Counted from the whole stretch's first letter, positions 1 to 12,820 are shown. The stretch: 63,429 bases of DNA, filler included, from Lenisia limosa (GCA_001655205.1; 15 parts of 15 records of this genome joined end to end with filler, not necessarily neighbours in it), one strand, 5' to 3'. Made by a program: numbers and translations. Notes: generated by a model from the letters alone, not told the origin.

Positions 1-60
1 AGGCCCGGGCTGACTAGTCCTGTGTGGGGGAGTAAAGGCCCGGGCTGACTAGTCCTGTGT
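1..60. repeat. Tandem duplication, 35-bp period
   Basis: aggcccgggctgactagtcctgtgt at 1-25 and 36-60. Confidence 0.85.
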
Positions 61-441
61 TTGGGGGTAGTGGGTATACATTTTAGAGAGATGAGAAATA
101 AACAAGGTTGTAGATATCTAGCTGTATTATTTCTAACGCACAACACCAGGACGGGTTCCGTCGGCCCACCACACCACTATCAACGTCACCCATCTACCGG
201 CGGCGTAGGGTCGTCTCAAAACGCGTCATTCAATCGCAATACCCACTGTCTCCCCCAGCTAAGAAGAAAAAGTACCGGGGCTCTGCGGGTGTCATATTTT
301 TTTCCTTTTACGTATTATGGAAGTAGATTTTGTGCTGCAGTTTTTGGGTTGATTTTGGAGGGAGGGAGAGGGTCAATATACCATGCTTTGGGCTTTTTTG
401 ATTCATTAATATTCCAATTTTACTCCCCTCCCCTCCCCCCA

Positions 442-1279
442 GAAGAAAAACGATTGTTGTTGACGATGAATCTTCTGTTTCCAGCACCCCGGCCAAGTCA
501 ATGATCTCAGTCAGAAGTGACGTGTCATCGGAAGCGGTATCGGAAGCGTTGGTGTCAGAATCATCAGAATCGCCCATTGTTAGGAAAAAGAAGAAACAAA
601 GTGAGCCTTTTCGGTGTTTCTCTGTGGCACAGTAACATTTGATGTGATAATTAGTAAATGAAATTTCTTGGTTCACGAATAGGTAGATATAAATTTGCCA
701 AAAGATACACTTTATCCTCTCCTTTTCCGAGGCGCTAACAGTTCAGATACCTCCCGATTCATTGAAGCAGAAGCAGAGTAAGCTTTTGGGTATCAGATGT
801 TTTTGCTTCTTTTTTTTCCTGTGGGGGTCGGGGCTCTAATGTTGTAGATTGTTTTTATTACCTTGTGTGGCTTCTGGTTTATCCAAAAGAGGCATCCCAA
901 GTGGTTTGGAATGTTTTTTGACAACTGATATCCCCCTCCTCCCGTTATTCATCGTAATTTCCCCATTTTACTGGGCTGCAGAAGTGACTGNNNNNNNNNN
1001 NNNNNNNNNNNNNNNNNNNNNNNNNNNNNNNNNNNNNNNNNNNNNNNNNNNNNNNNNNNNNNNNNNNNNNNNNNNNNNNNNNNTTATCAACCCTTGTGTC
1101 AGCCAACGGAGTTGATTTGGGTTTTTTTGTTTCATAAATTTTCCAATTTTACTCCCCCCGAGCTACCCTCCCCCTTATTCGCCAGGTTGAGCGGCGAGGG
1201 AAGTGAGGATGAAGAGGTCGACTCAATGGTATCACACGACTCCTTTATCCATGACTCGCTCACACAGTCGCAGTGTATG
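442..1279 (+). CDS. Partial spliced gene, acidic low-complexity protein with FANCM/Claspin-like 'FIEAEAELS' motif
   Basis: Exons 442-600, 747-777 and 1186->1279 join in phase through GT-AG introns to give ...IVRKKKKQNTSRFIEAEAELSGEGSEDEEVDSMVSHDSFIHDSLTQSQ. A possible upstream exon lies at ~140-271. Truncated by the spacer. Family assignment rests on motif resemblance only. Confidence 0.5.
1092..1160 (+). repeat. Family C intronic repeat
   Basis: ccttgtgtcagccaacggagttgatttgggtttttttgtttcataaattttccaattttactcccccc, ending 25 nt before the acceptor at 1185; a shorter copy at 382-441 ends at an acceptor. Confidence 0.85.
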
Positions 1280-1379
1280 NNNNNNNNNNNNNNNNNNNNN
1301 NNNNNNNNNNNNNNNNNNNNNNNTTAATTAATTAANNNNNNNNNNNNNNNNNNNNNNNNNNNNNNNNNNNNNNNNNNNN
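1280..1379. other. Artificial contig-joining spacer (first of 14)
   Basis: 44 N + TTAATTAATTAA + 44 N. The 12-mer recurs at 1324, 14266, 18881, 20834, 24968, 26251, 27687, 34641, 36536, 39111, 41274, 43715, 46746 and 60296, always N-flanked, and encodes TAA in all six frames. Confidence 0.97.
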
Positions 1380-1519
1380 ATACACCATTACCTTTAGATT
1401 ATTTTCTGATTACTGTTTTCTGTTTTTGTGCACAGTAAAATATGGTACATTACATCTATCGATATCGTATACTATTTTTTGCTTTCAGACATACCCATAA
1501 AATCGATGTATTACGACGC

Positions 1520-1567
1520 CTCTCTCTCTCTCTCCTCCTCTCCTCTCTCTCTCTCTTCTCTCTCTCT
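1520..1567. repeat. (CT)n microsatellite
   Basis: Imperfect CT dinucleotide run visible directly. Confidence 0.9.
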
Positions 1568-1634
1568 GTACTTGGAGCTAATATATCGTTTTAAATCGAG
1601 ATAGGAATGGTGGGTGTTGCGATATATGGCATAG

Positions 1635-4600
1635 CCGGTTTATATTGAACGGTACTTGGAGGAAAATACGGAGAAGAACAGCAGCAGTTAGTGGACTCTG
1701 CTTAGTCTTGTCTGTATATCATGATATTATTTACTTTCTTCTTGTCTGTTCCGTTTCTTTGTTTTACGTTCACACAGGTCCCAAGGTATCAACCTGAGTC
1801 ACAAGAACCTGTCCACAACTGCCGGACTTGGCAGTATGGGGAGGAGGGGGATGGTATTGAAATTGCAGCTTTTTTGTTGTNNNNNNNNNNNNNNNNNNNN
1901 NNNNNNNNNNNNNNNNNNNNNNNNNNNNNNNNNNNNNNNNNNNNNNNNNNNNNNNNNNNNNNNNNNNNNNNNNNNNNNNNNNNNAGGGTTTACATCACTG
2001 GTTTTCTTGGACCTCAGCCACAATAGACTGTCCAAAATAACACATGACATCTCCCTGTTGCCATCCTTACTTCACCTCAATCTCCAGGTGAGTTAAAACT
2101 TGATCTATTTTGCTATGATTCTTACAATTAATTGGGAAGTTTGATCACTCATTCACACAGAATAACGATTTCCCGACAACTTCTGCTCTCCTTGGTGATG
2201 TGAGGAAATGCAGTGCTCTCAAGGTGCTTGGGCACAATATTTCCAAGCTCTTTTTATTGGCAAGAGTATATCATGGAGTCCATTTACCCCCCCCCCCNNN
2301 NNNNNNNNNNNNNNNNNNNNNNNNNNNNNNNNNNNNNNNNNNNNNNNNNNNNNNNNNNNNNNNNNNNNNNNNNNNNNNNNNNNNNNNNNNNNNNNNNNNN
2401 NNNNNNNNNNNNNNNNNNNNNNNNNNNNNNNNNNNNNNNNNNNNNNNNNNNNNNNNNNNNNNNNNNNNNNNNNNNNNNNNNNNNTACAATCTCAGATCTT
2501 TAATGCGTACCAATTGCACTTCCAATATTTTGTTCTGTCTTAAATTGTCACCCCGCCTGCCTCATTTACGTAGAAACTTGGACTCAATGGACGGATTGGC
2601 GAACCCGACACCGTTCTCAGCTGAGCAGCAGAGAGCTGCAAAGTTCTTGAGAATGACATGTGGAGTTTCAATGAATGCTATCAACGAGAGTAGGTAGCAA
2701 ACATACTATATATACTACTACTGTGTAAACTGTGTAATTTATTAAATGAGACAATTTTTTTCTTTTTGGAATATTTCCTTCGATATTTTATCTCACCCAG
2801 CTCTGGGATAACGCTTTAGTCGATATTCGCAACCGAGAATTGGGTTCCGATAAGCTCTCTGCGGTGATCAAGGCACTTTCGATCCTACCAGTTGATACAC
2901 TCTTTGCGAATAGAAACCCATGGCAGACAGACAAACAGTACAGGTTCAGAATGATTTACTACGTCAAAAGTGAGTCCCAAAGTACCGTATTTTTCTGTCT
3001 TTCTTCCTTCAAGTATCATAATCGATCACCGCTTTTTTTACTGCTTCAGCCCTCCGACATTTGGATGGAGCACATATCACTGTTGACGAGAGAGGAAATG
3101 CTGATCGAGCACTGAGACAGGCCAATGTCAGAGGGGAGTTCTCACTTGTATATCAATGATATACTATGTATATTCAGAATTGACCGGATATTGGTTCTTA
3201 GCATATTATGTAAGAAAATAAAATCTGCAATCTTTATCCAGTTCTCACCTCTTTCAGGCAGCAAAGGACCATTGGCGAATCGCCCAGAGAGTGGCTACCG
3301 GTGTTGGAGTTGCTTACCTTGCAAACACTACAATGAATGTGGGAGGGACGGGCACTGGTTCTAAATGAAGAGCCTCTATCGTTCTATCAGTGCATATTAC
3401 TGAACGTATACCACTCCTCTCACCGGAGATATTCCACCCATCATATGATATCTCCTCCTCCCTATTACGTTTAGTTTTGTTCTGAATGACCATATATAGC
3501 GAAAGGACAACGAGCAGGCAGCCGAGAACGCAGAAGGAGGAAATGGTTTGTAAGGTTGACTGTTGCAATTTGTAGCATGCTAATTTGAGACTTAGGACGA
3601 CTTCAATGCTAATTATTTTGTTCACGCTATTCACACCCGCTCAGAAGACATGGCACCCGATGAGCTGACAGAGAACGCGGCCGCAGAGGAAACAGTCAAA
3701 CTAGGATCATTTCTGTCGAAGCTCGAAATCTTTATCCAATTCATTCAAGTTTGTATGGGGTTTTTTTTTTGCATAAATTGTATTTCGTTGGTAGGTTTCA
3801 CCATGGAGTAGCTGGATTTTGCAAAAGTATATAATTATTCAACAGATAATAGATTTTGTAGAATGATTGTTTTTGAAGAGGTTGTAATTGACCCCTGCTT
3901 AGGTGTTCACTCTGATATATGAGCTGATTCCTGAAGACAAATGGCCCGAGGTTTGTGCGCTTCTCAGTTTCTGTGTTGTGTCTTTTGCTGTATCTCCAGT
4001 TTGTTAGTTTTAAAAACCTACAAATATTTATCGTTTAATAGTATATGTCAGACATAGTATCACTATTTTCGTATCGGTGCATTTGGGCTTTGGTCCCCCC
4101 CCCCCCNNNNNNNNNNNNNNNNNNNNNNNNNNNNNNNNNNNNNNNNNNNNNNNNNNNNNNNNNNNNNNNNNNNNNNNNNNNNNNNNTGGCATTCTCTTTG
4201 GACCTTGACACTCTGATTCCGTTTACAATCCCACTGGAGTGGAAGTTCATCAACTTTGCTGCGCTCATGACAGTGCCGATTTTGATTTTGCTGCTCTATA
4301 CGTGGCGTCTCAACCAAGTCTGGGAGAGAAGTCTTGATGCTGGGTGTTATTGCTATGCTTACTTCAACAGGATAACTGGGTGAACAAATACATCAACAAT
4401 TGGACTTCTACGAAGTGGCGATGGATAATCACCTTCCTGTTTTGCTTCATTGGATCTACTTACGGACCATACTGGCTAGATGGAAAGCAAGACCGGACCT
4501 GGCCAAGTGATAGGTCTGTATTTCTTCTGTGATAGTATAAACATATTAATTGTATTGATATTGATAGTTGTGTTGCTTATTTTTCGATATAATATCTCTT

Positions 4601-7600
4601 GTTATTGTTTTTTTTCTGATGATTGACAAACAACTACTATTCCTTATATTTGTAGATCACTTGCAGTATACATATTCATCGCACCCGTTGTTCTGCTTAC
4701 CTTCATATTGGCCATGTGGAACGGACTTTCCTTCAGAAAGAACTATCAAAAAGATGGCTACTGGTGAGGGGGGGGGGGGGNNNNNNNNNNNNNNNNNNNN
4801 NNNNNNNNNNNNNNNNNNNNNNNNNNNNNNNNNNNNNNNNNNNNNNNNNNNNNNNNNNNNNNNNNNNNNNNNNNNNNNNNNNNNNNNNNNNNNNNCAGGT
4901 TCGGGTACATCAAAAGAAAGAAGAGAATTGCCCTGTTCCTTGTAACGGTTATGTATATGCCTCTCGGTTGGCACAGTACTCCTCGAGTTTTTCTTGTTGA
5001 TTTTTGACTCCACTTGACTTGGTGTATTATCGATATATTACTATTCTCTCTCTTGAAGCGATTTATTCATATGTCACATTGTAGCGAGGTCCATTCTGAA
5101 CAATTTCAAATGTGAGGCCAATGATGAAGGAGTTGACACACTAAGCTCTTATCCTGGTGAAGAATGTTCGCCCACATTCTCATATTTACATCGTAGGGCG
5201 GGGGGGGGGGGNNNNNNNNNNNNNNNNNNNNNNNNNNNNNNNNNNNNNNNNNNNNNNNNNNNNNNNNNNNNNNNNNNNNNNNNNNNNNNNNNNNNNNNNN
5301 NNNNNNNNNNNNNNNNNNNNNNNNNNNNNNNNNNNNNNNNNNNNNNNNNNNNNNNNNNNNNNNNNNNNNNNNNNNNNNNNNNNNNNNNNNNNNNNNNNNN
5401 NNNNNNNNNNNNNNNNNNNNNNNNTCTTCCGTGGAGTTAAGCAGATTGACATGAACTACTCAATCAGATTGGAGTTGAGGGAGATCAGGGCACTCAACAA
5501 AGCTTACAAGAAAACCAAATGTGGGGATACTAATGGGATAATTGCCTTCAAGGATCTATTTGTATTGTATCACCTCTTTCTTCTGCCTTTCTGAACGACC
5601 TCTTAGCTGATGGTACGCTGCAAGAGCTTCGATGGAGGCGCGTTCAGATCCGTCGCCGATATGTGAAGGTTTGTGTAGAAGTTGTGGACATATTTACATA
5701 GTCTAGAAATCCTAAAGCAAGAATTTTTTTTTTGGGGGGGGGGGGGNNNNNNNNNNNNNNNNNNNNNNNNNNNNNNNNNNNNNNNNNNNNNNNNNNNNNN
5801 NNNNNNNNNNNNNNNNNNNNNNNNNNNNNNNNNNNNNNNNNNNNNNNNNNNNNNNNNNNNNNNNNNNNNNNNNNNNNNNNNNNNNNNNNTAACAGTTATA
5901 CCCGGAAATGGAGATATCAAAAAGAGGTTTTCATGCTTGAGAAATTTGTTCTTCTGGCCATCTCCATTTTCCTTGGTTTTGGTGTTTTCAAGGTGAGGGG
6001 AAACGCATTACTCTACCCAGCTCAACCCCAGTATATGATAATATTTTGCAGTAGTATAGTATATATATCGATGTAAAATATAATATATCATATGTTAGAA
6101 ACTCTCTTCGACATGTCTTACCCCCCCTAGTATTTTTTTTTTTCTTAGCACCCCCCCCCCTCTATATCCNNNNNNNNNNNNNNNNNNNNNNNNNNNNNNN
6201 NNNNNNNNNNNNNNNNNNNNNNNNNNNNNNNNNNNNNNNNNNNNNNNNNNNNNNNNNNNNNNNNNNNNNNNNNNNNNNNNNNNNNNNNNNNNNNNNNNNN
6301 NNNNNNNNNNNNNNNNNNNNNNNNNNNNNNNNNNCGCTCGGCCTTTCAATGATCCCGCTGAAGACTCAATGGAAATTGTTGCAAAAATAGGTTTGATAGA
6401 AATCAAGAAAAAGGAATAATTTTTCTTTTTACATTTTTAGGAAACCTTCTTAATGCAGGTGTTGCTATGGCCCTCCAAACAGAAAGCCTCAAATCTGACA
6501 ATAGTGGGGCGGGGTGCTCAGTGCTGGACTATGCCTCTTTCCATGTAATTTATCTTGGGATTGCTTTGTAAATGATACCTTGATGCGCGAATAGCATTAT
6601 TACCTCTTGTAGAAACTGTGGCGATCCTGATTGGCATCAATGTTCTTGTTCTTCTCTATGTTATTATTATGACTATCACGTCAAAGTTCAGAAAAGTTTG
6701 TAGGATGTGCTAGATAAGTTGGTCTTCCTTATCAATTAAGATTACCCCCCCCCCTCCCCATGTCAGTTCTTTCCCCGTTTCAGTTACATATCACGATTGA
6801 TATGACACCNNNNNNNNNNNNNNNNNNNNNNNNNNNNNNNNNNNNNNNNNNNNNNNNNNNNNNNNNNNNNNNNNNCCCCCCCGTTGTTTTTTTTAAAATT
6901 AATAGTGAGATTTTTGATTACTTATTTACTCCTTCCCCTAGCGCCTAGCTCTCCATGGAGATGGTGGCCATGACGAAGGGGCAATCCAAAGAAGTCCTTC
7001 CTTGAAATTCGACTCAGAAGCTTCCACCCCCTACGCGTCCAATGCCTCAACTCCTTATGTCTGGTGAGCCAGGGTTTTTCTACTCTTTGTGTTTTAATTT
7101 ATTTAAATTTGACCTTCTCCTTTACCTCCCAGTGGTGAAACAGAGGCTCTCTCCCCGGTTTCCCCCGTTGTTATTGAGGATAGCAATGAGGTATGTAAGG
7201 AGCAGTGCTTTTCTAATATTTTGCACATATAATAACATCTCAGGTCACTGGTGGATGGGCAGAAACACAGTATAAACGTCGATCCCTCTACTCAGGTTGG
7301 ACGATTTTTATTTGTTTTTGTTTTTTTCTTGTGTGGGTCTAACAAAATCAGCAACAACCGATGAAGGAGGAATCAGTGAAGAAGTCTATGCAGTTCAACA
7401 GGTTGGAGGGTTAATTCAAAGAAAACGATTTGCTGAGTCGCCTCTTGGTCAAAACTCAATTCCAAATGGATTCCCCCCCCCCCCCCCCCNNNNNNNNNNN
7501 NNNNNNNNNNNNNNNNNNNNNNNNNNNNNNNNNNNNNNNNNNNNNNNNNNNNNNNNNNNNNNNNNNNNNNNNNNNNNNNNNNNNNNNNNNNNNNNNNNNN

Positions 7601-7724
7601 NNNNNNNNNNNNNNNNNNNTTTGATAAACGTGGTGTGTTTACCTTGATTCAGATGGAGGAAGCTGCCATTCCCAATGATCCCAATAATCAAATATATGAT
7701 GAATTCAACAATGCCCGTATTTAG
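1635..7724 (+). CDS. LRR + LRRcap protein fused to a multi-pass transmembrane domain (about 25+ exons, gapped; start codon unresolved)
   Basis: Exons give LRRs (INLSHKNL; FTSLVFLDLSHNRLSKITHDISLLPSLLHLNLQ) and an LRRcap (QYRFRMIYYVKTLRHLDGAHITVDERGNA). They continue into a TM module with KLEIFIQFIQVFTLIYELIPEDKWPE, ALFLVTVMYMPL, RSILNNFKC, YTRKWRYQKEVFMLEKFVLLAISIF and RPFNDPAEDSMEIV, then a Ser/Pro-rich tail. Stop TAG at 7722-7724. Confidence 0.75.
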
Positions 7725-8466
7725 ACCCGATAGTTTGATTCTGTTAGAGATGTGTGCTGTATTGTTTTTGTTTTGTTTTTGGAATTTATGAGATGATGAA
7801 TAATTTTGAAATTTTTTAGCTTAAGTGTGTTGCATGAAAAGTTGAAATAATGAATGATCAGCATCGATTTCTGTTAAGCAAATCGTGTAATAAAACTGCT
7901 GAAGTGATTCGGGGGGGGGGGGTCTTTCTNNNNNNNNNNNNNNNNNNNNNNNNNNNNNNNNNNNNNNNNNNNNNNNNNNNNNNNNNNNNNNNNNNNNNNN
8001 NNNNNNNNNNNNNNNNNNNNNNNNNNNNNNNNNNNNNNNNNNNNNNNNNNNNNNNNNNNNNNNNNNNNNNNNNNNNNNNNNNNNNNNNNNNNNNNNNNNN
8101 NNNNNNNNNNNNNNNNNNNNNNNNNNNNNNNNNNNNNNNNNNNNNNNNNNNNNNNNNNNNNNNNNNNNNNGATAATGTAATGTGAATTGACCAGGACAAT
8201 TAAAGCCGCTAAGGGAAACCGTTTGCTTTATAGGAGCTTCTAAAAGAAGGCAAAATCGCCATATCCTTCGGAATTCTTATGCTCAGTGTGCCTGCTTCAG
8301 TCACCCTGGCAGCTAGAAAGGTCAAACCGCCGATCTGATAGTGTGCTCCACTTGACAAGCCTCTCGATTGCTTGATCCGTTTGGCCTTCATAGATATTGC
8401 GAAGGGAAACATGGGCAATAGTCTGAAAGAGGTCAAATAACTGAAATGAACTCCTATTTGTAACAG

Positions 8467-9104
8467 GACACCCCTCCAGTAACTGAAATTCAAAGTCTCT
8501 TTCCAACAGTCCCAAAAAAGATATTGTACATAGGGGATACATTGGCAGGTATGGTGGGTCTGAATACTTTTTTTTAAAAATGGAACTCTTTTCACGCGAT
8601 TTATTTTTAATAGAATCATTTTGCGATGTCATTCATCTTTGCTCAACGCCATTTTGACGCTTCCCATGGGGAGTGTCAATCTGGTATGAGTTCCAGAAGA
8701 CGTCCGCCCCTTTCAGTTTGCGGGGTGGTGTTACGTTTGTGAAATATCGTTGTCCATTCACCTCATACCCCTGTGTGTCTGGCAGGACATGATGTTTTAG
8801 AATATTTAGTTCCAACTGAGCGACTTAGTCAATTCCGGAGCACCTCTGCCGACCGACATTGCTGTTGCCAACATTGTCGAGAGCATATTGCCCGAGTATC
8901 TGTCTCTGACACAAGGAGTGGTCAACTTCCCATCTCTCCATCCATGCCCGCCCCACTCAAGGATGTCCCCAAGAATCACTTTGAAAACAAAGTTATTGGG
9001 AGAAATTTCGCCAAGGTCGAGGACTTAGTGGCAGTCACAGCCTTACACACTTTCCAGAGCATCGTGCCAACCCAAATGCCAAAGAAACAAGTTGACTCCC
9101 TCAT
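8467..9104 (+). CDS. Hypothetical spliced coding region
   Basis: Exon 8467-8548 (DTPPVTEIQSLFPTVPKKILYIGDTLA) with a GTATGG donor, and a downstream exon ending ...TQMPKKQVDSL before a GTAAGC donor. Internal structure ambiguous, no recognisable domain. Confidence 0.35.
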
Positions 9105-9819
9105 GTAAGCATAGTATGTATATACACTGTGTATGATATGTGCTGCATGCAATTTCGTCTTTTCTGGGGTTGTTTTGCATGCTTATCTGGACATTACAAC
9201 ATTCCAAATACAGAGCGTTTTCCGATAATTTCTCTCTAAATTTTGATATCAAAAAATGATTGACGCTGTTAGTGCTGAACGTAAACGCAGGAGAGTTCCG
9301 AGAAGGTGGCAAAAGCGGTCTCAGAGAGCAAGAACTCGCAGACATACATCACGTGCTTCCAATGCATGATTGCTGCATGGGTGGGTTTGCGGCCCTCAGT
9401 CAAACAATCAAAATGTATCACCTAGTTTTATAATACTAGCTATATGATACCATATAATATACTATGACAGATGATATGATATATCCAATTATACTATGAC
9501 ATAGTATGACACAAGTATTCATCACATTATATTATATTATACTGAATCGTATCAAATAATACTAGATAGTCCACATAGTATATTTTATGGAAGCGCATAT
9601 TTAAACAACGGCATACATCAGCATCGTGAATCCACTTCAGGACTTCGCGTATCACATTGAGAGAAGAGTACTACACTGTCAATCTTGATTGAACAAATAA
9701 TATCGATCAATCTGAATTGAATAAATATAGCATGACACACTATCATGTCACAATTCAAAAGAATTAATGATGACATACGCAGCAAATTGGCTCTCCATCC
9801 GAGTTGAGCTCCCTCTTGG

Positions 9820-10238
9820 TCAGAGCAGAATGTCAATGCCGTTTTGGAGATCAAGGTCCTTGAGGTTGGACTCGACCAAGAATGCATCAAAGTCCTCAGC
9901 GGTCTCAGCTTCAACAAGCTCTTCCATTGCATTATCAAGTTTCTCGGAAAGCTGAAACCTCCCTTTCACTGATTTCAATGCGGATTTGAAACGTTGGAAG
10001 TATGTCTAAATGTAATAAACATAGGAGGTGATTTCCAAAAAAATTACATATGATATACTATTACTATATAAATTTTATAATATTAAATGTTTTTGTTAAT
10101 ATCATCATACGTCGTTATTGTGGTGGGTCGCAATTTCCATCATTTTAAAGTGTCCCCCAACCTTTCTGCTGCCTTCCGAAATTCCTTCATCCTGAATATC
10201 CCAAAGCATTCTGTTCAGCATCTTTAAAGTCAACATAT
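9820..10238 (-). CDS. Hypothetical protein, 3' exons
   Basis: Exons 10238-10111 and 10005-9820 join in phase: MLWDIQDEG...HHNND|TYFQRFKSALKSVKGRFQLSEKLDNAMEELVEAETAEDFDAFLVESNLKDLDLQNGIDILL, stop TGA at 9822-9820. Confidence 0.4.
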
Positions 10239-10642
10239 CTTACATAAAGAACGCAACTTGTTAATATATGATATGTATGTAATCATTCAAGCCTAGAAAG
10301 CAGTTCTTCAAAACTTTTAATGTAACTGCTTGCCTCATCAGTTCCTTGGCAGGGCTCTGCGGCACCTACAACAGGAGGGATCATTCTCAAAAGTACTCAT
10401 ATATTCCTCTGCAAGAATTAAGCTCTTAAAAAACCAATTTGTAAGGTCAGAAGAAGGAAAAACTCAATAGAATCCGGCTGGTCCAGGGTGGACCGGCAAA
10501 GTCCCGTCTTTTTAACAAGTGCAAATAGAGAACATGTGTAAATAGAGATGGAACAAGTGTAAATAGAGGGGAAAATTCATTCAGCAACATCCCTTCATCA
10601 CCAGCAACACTCCTTCATCAGCAACAATCCTTCATCACTAGC

Positions 10643-11406
10643 GAGAATGGTCCTTCAATCTCAAAAAAAAAGGTTCTTCAGTCTCAAAAAAAAAGGGGGG
10701 GTCACTCAGTCTCAAAAAAGTGATCAGTCTCAAAAAATATTTTTATCCTTTCTTTTTCCTTCTCCTTTTAGTTATTGTTAGAAACCGTCTTTCTGTTGTC
10801 TTTCCTTGTTGATAAAAATAGCAAGTGTCCCACTGCTGTCGTGAATGTTGGATGTTGGTGATGCGATGATAACAGTCAAAAAAGGTAATACAAATGATAC
10901 AAATAAAATAGGTTTGATAACAAATAAAAAGCGTAGTTGATCAAGAACATACAAAAGCTAAATAAAACAATATCAACAAATCCATCCATCATCCAGTCAG
11001 TAACATCAAAAATAAAAAAAATACAAACATGTACATTTCAAAGCTTTAGAAAAAGCGAAAGCACCAAATACTTCACAACAACGAAACCATCTATATTCTC
11101 TTTCCTCCCAAATGATAAAAAGTCAATCATATTCACCTTCTGTCATTTTTTTTGTGGGTTTTTGTTCTTTGTTTTTGTGTTGTTGTTAGGAGAGTAAGGC
11201 TCAACAATAAGCCATAATCTGGATAAAAACAACTCCACACAATCAAGCATCACGGATTGTCACGGTTTATAAATTGTTTTTACTTTTTTGAGACTGAGTG
11301 ACCATTTTTTTTGAGACTGAGACACCATTAGAAAGTTAAATATTTCAACGACGACTTCTAACTTTTGAGACTGAAGGACAATTTTTTTGAGACTGAACGA
11401 CCGCTC
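10643..11406. mobile_element. ~760-bp non-autonomous element with inverted arms built of repeated CAGTCTC(A)n units
   Basis: Four CA(G/A)TCTCAAAAA units at 10656-10737 face four TTTTGAGACTG units at 11282-11396. GGTCACTCAGTCTCAAAAAAGT (10700-10721) is the exact reverse complement of 11282-11303. The interior is AT-rich and non-coding. Confidence 0.6.
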
Positions 11407-12169
11407 CCATCACCAGCAATATCCCTTCTCAAATAATTTCAGTAATATATTGAATAATATGGGTTTGCTCTCCAACCTGGAAGGGAGCACAGACTGGTCA
11501 CATGCAGCGGTAATGCAAGTATCTGAATCTGAAGGATGAAAGGCTGAAGGATGTGTTTTCACCGCTACCGCAAGATATGTTTGTTTATACTGATGAATAA
11601 TTTGATTAGCGATAGGAGTGCTGTGGGAAGAGCACCGAGGAAACAACAAGAAACCTACATCTGGAAGTGGACCTGGTCGGACACCTGTGGACATTCCTGG
11701 CTGAGACCCGGGAGCTGGAGATCCGTTGTGGGTAAGGAATCCGTAAGCGACACCCCATGTTATACACCTTGATTGATTACATGTACTTATCTTGTATTTC
11801 GGTATTTGTCGCCTGTATTTAAGAATTAACAACGTTATGTACCTTGTTCAAAGACAATAATCCGAAACACTGCACCCATTTGTGAGTAGCTGATTTCATC
11901 CTTGTATTCTTAGTTTCACAAAAAGCCCTACTGAATTGTGTCCAAAACACCAATAGTATCCCGGGTCCAAATTTTTTATTTTCTGGCAAAAACAGAAATA
12001 TTTATATGATACCCACAAACTGGTACTACAAAAACGGAGATTCCCGACCAAAATCGCGGAAAGATCCAGAGGTGATCTGGGAAAACGGAGACAGGTTTTA
12101 CCATCAAAACATAGCATACTACTTTCTGGATACTTTAGTTTAGTTCTCCTTTAGTTAGTATATCTATAT

Positions 12170-12820
12170 TCCTCCGAGGATGCAGCAAACCTCTTCTTCT
12201 GCGTTCTCTGAGACGGATTGGAATGGCTTTATTGACGACTTAATACAACAAAGAAAAGAAGACCTTTTCAAATGTTGGTGGTCAAATCACAAGTGAATCA
12301 CAACACATACACAGCAGAAAGTTCTCTTCTTGATATGCTTTGCTTTCTTGTCATCAAGCTACTCCTCCTTGATCCTCACCTTGCATCAACCAAGATCAAA
12401 GGAAAAAAACATAATTTTACAATTAAATCTGGACTGGCCCTGCCTGAAATGCTGTTACCCATTTAGGTCTTCCCCAGAAGCTTTATGCTTTTCTTATTAG
12501 CCTAGACAAAGTATCCTTTAATAACGGTACGTTGGTTTTCTGAATGTTTTTGAGAAGTGTAATAAGTTCGGCATTTTTTTTGATACAACCATTGTGTAAC
12601 CCCCCCGTCACCCCCAAAGGTATCCGCCCGTGCCTTAATGCGCTTGGACAATTTTCACCGGTCAAACTATATGAAGAAAACCTACGAGGCGTACTCCAAG
12701 ACTTCATCCAAGAAACTGAATGCGATGAAAAGGAGGCGCTTCTTGAACTGATCGAGTCTTTCGCTGTCGGTACTTCGAATTCCAAAGACAAAACACCCCT
12801 CATTTGGTGGACTGATTCAG
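12170..12820 (+). CDS. Hypothetical spliced coding region
   Basis: Protein-like frames (SETDWNGFIDDLIQQRKEDLFKCWWSNH; LYEENLRGVLQDFIQETECDEKEALLELIESF...TPLIWWTDS) with a GTATGC donor at ~12821. Structure not resolved. Confidence 0.3.

Noticed and set aside
308-676. Minus-strand ORF MGDSDDSDTNASDT
   Set aside because: Antisense to a plus-strand exon whose splice sites join in phase with downstream exons.
1324-1335. TTAATTAATTAA as a biological motif (PacI-like site or piggyBac TTAA target)
   Set aside because: Always centred in 44 N + 44 N; it is a six-frame-stop assembly spacer.
10111-10210. Frame reading LRPTTITT followed by YFQRF, like a tyrosine-recombinase N-terminus
   Set aside because: That frame does not splice in phase to the next exon; the in-phase frame is different and shows no recombinase motifs.
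10656-10737. Short regularly spaced repeats resembling CRISPR or iterons
   Set aside because: Mirrored by an inverted set at 11282-11396, so they are element arms; spacers are too short.
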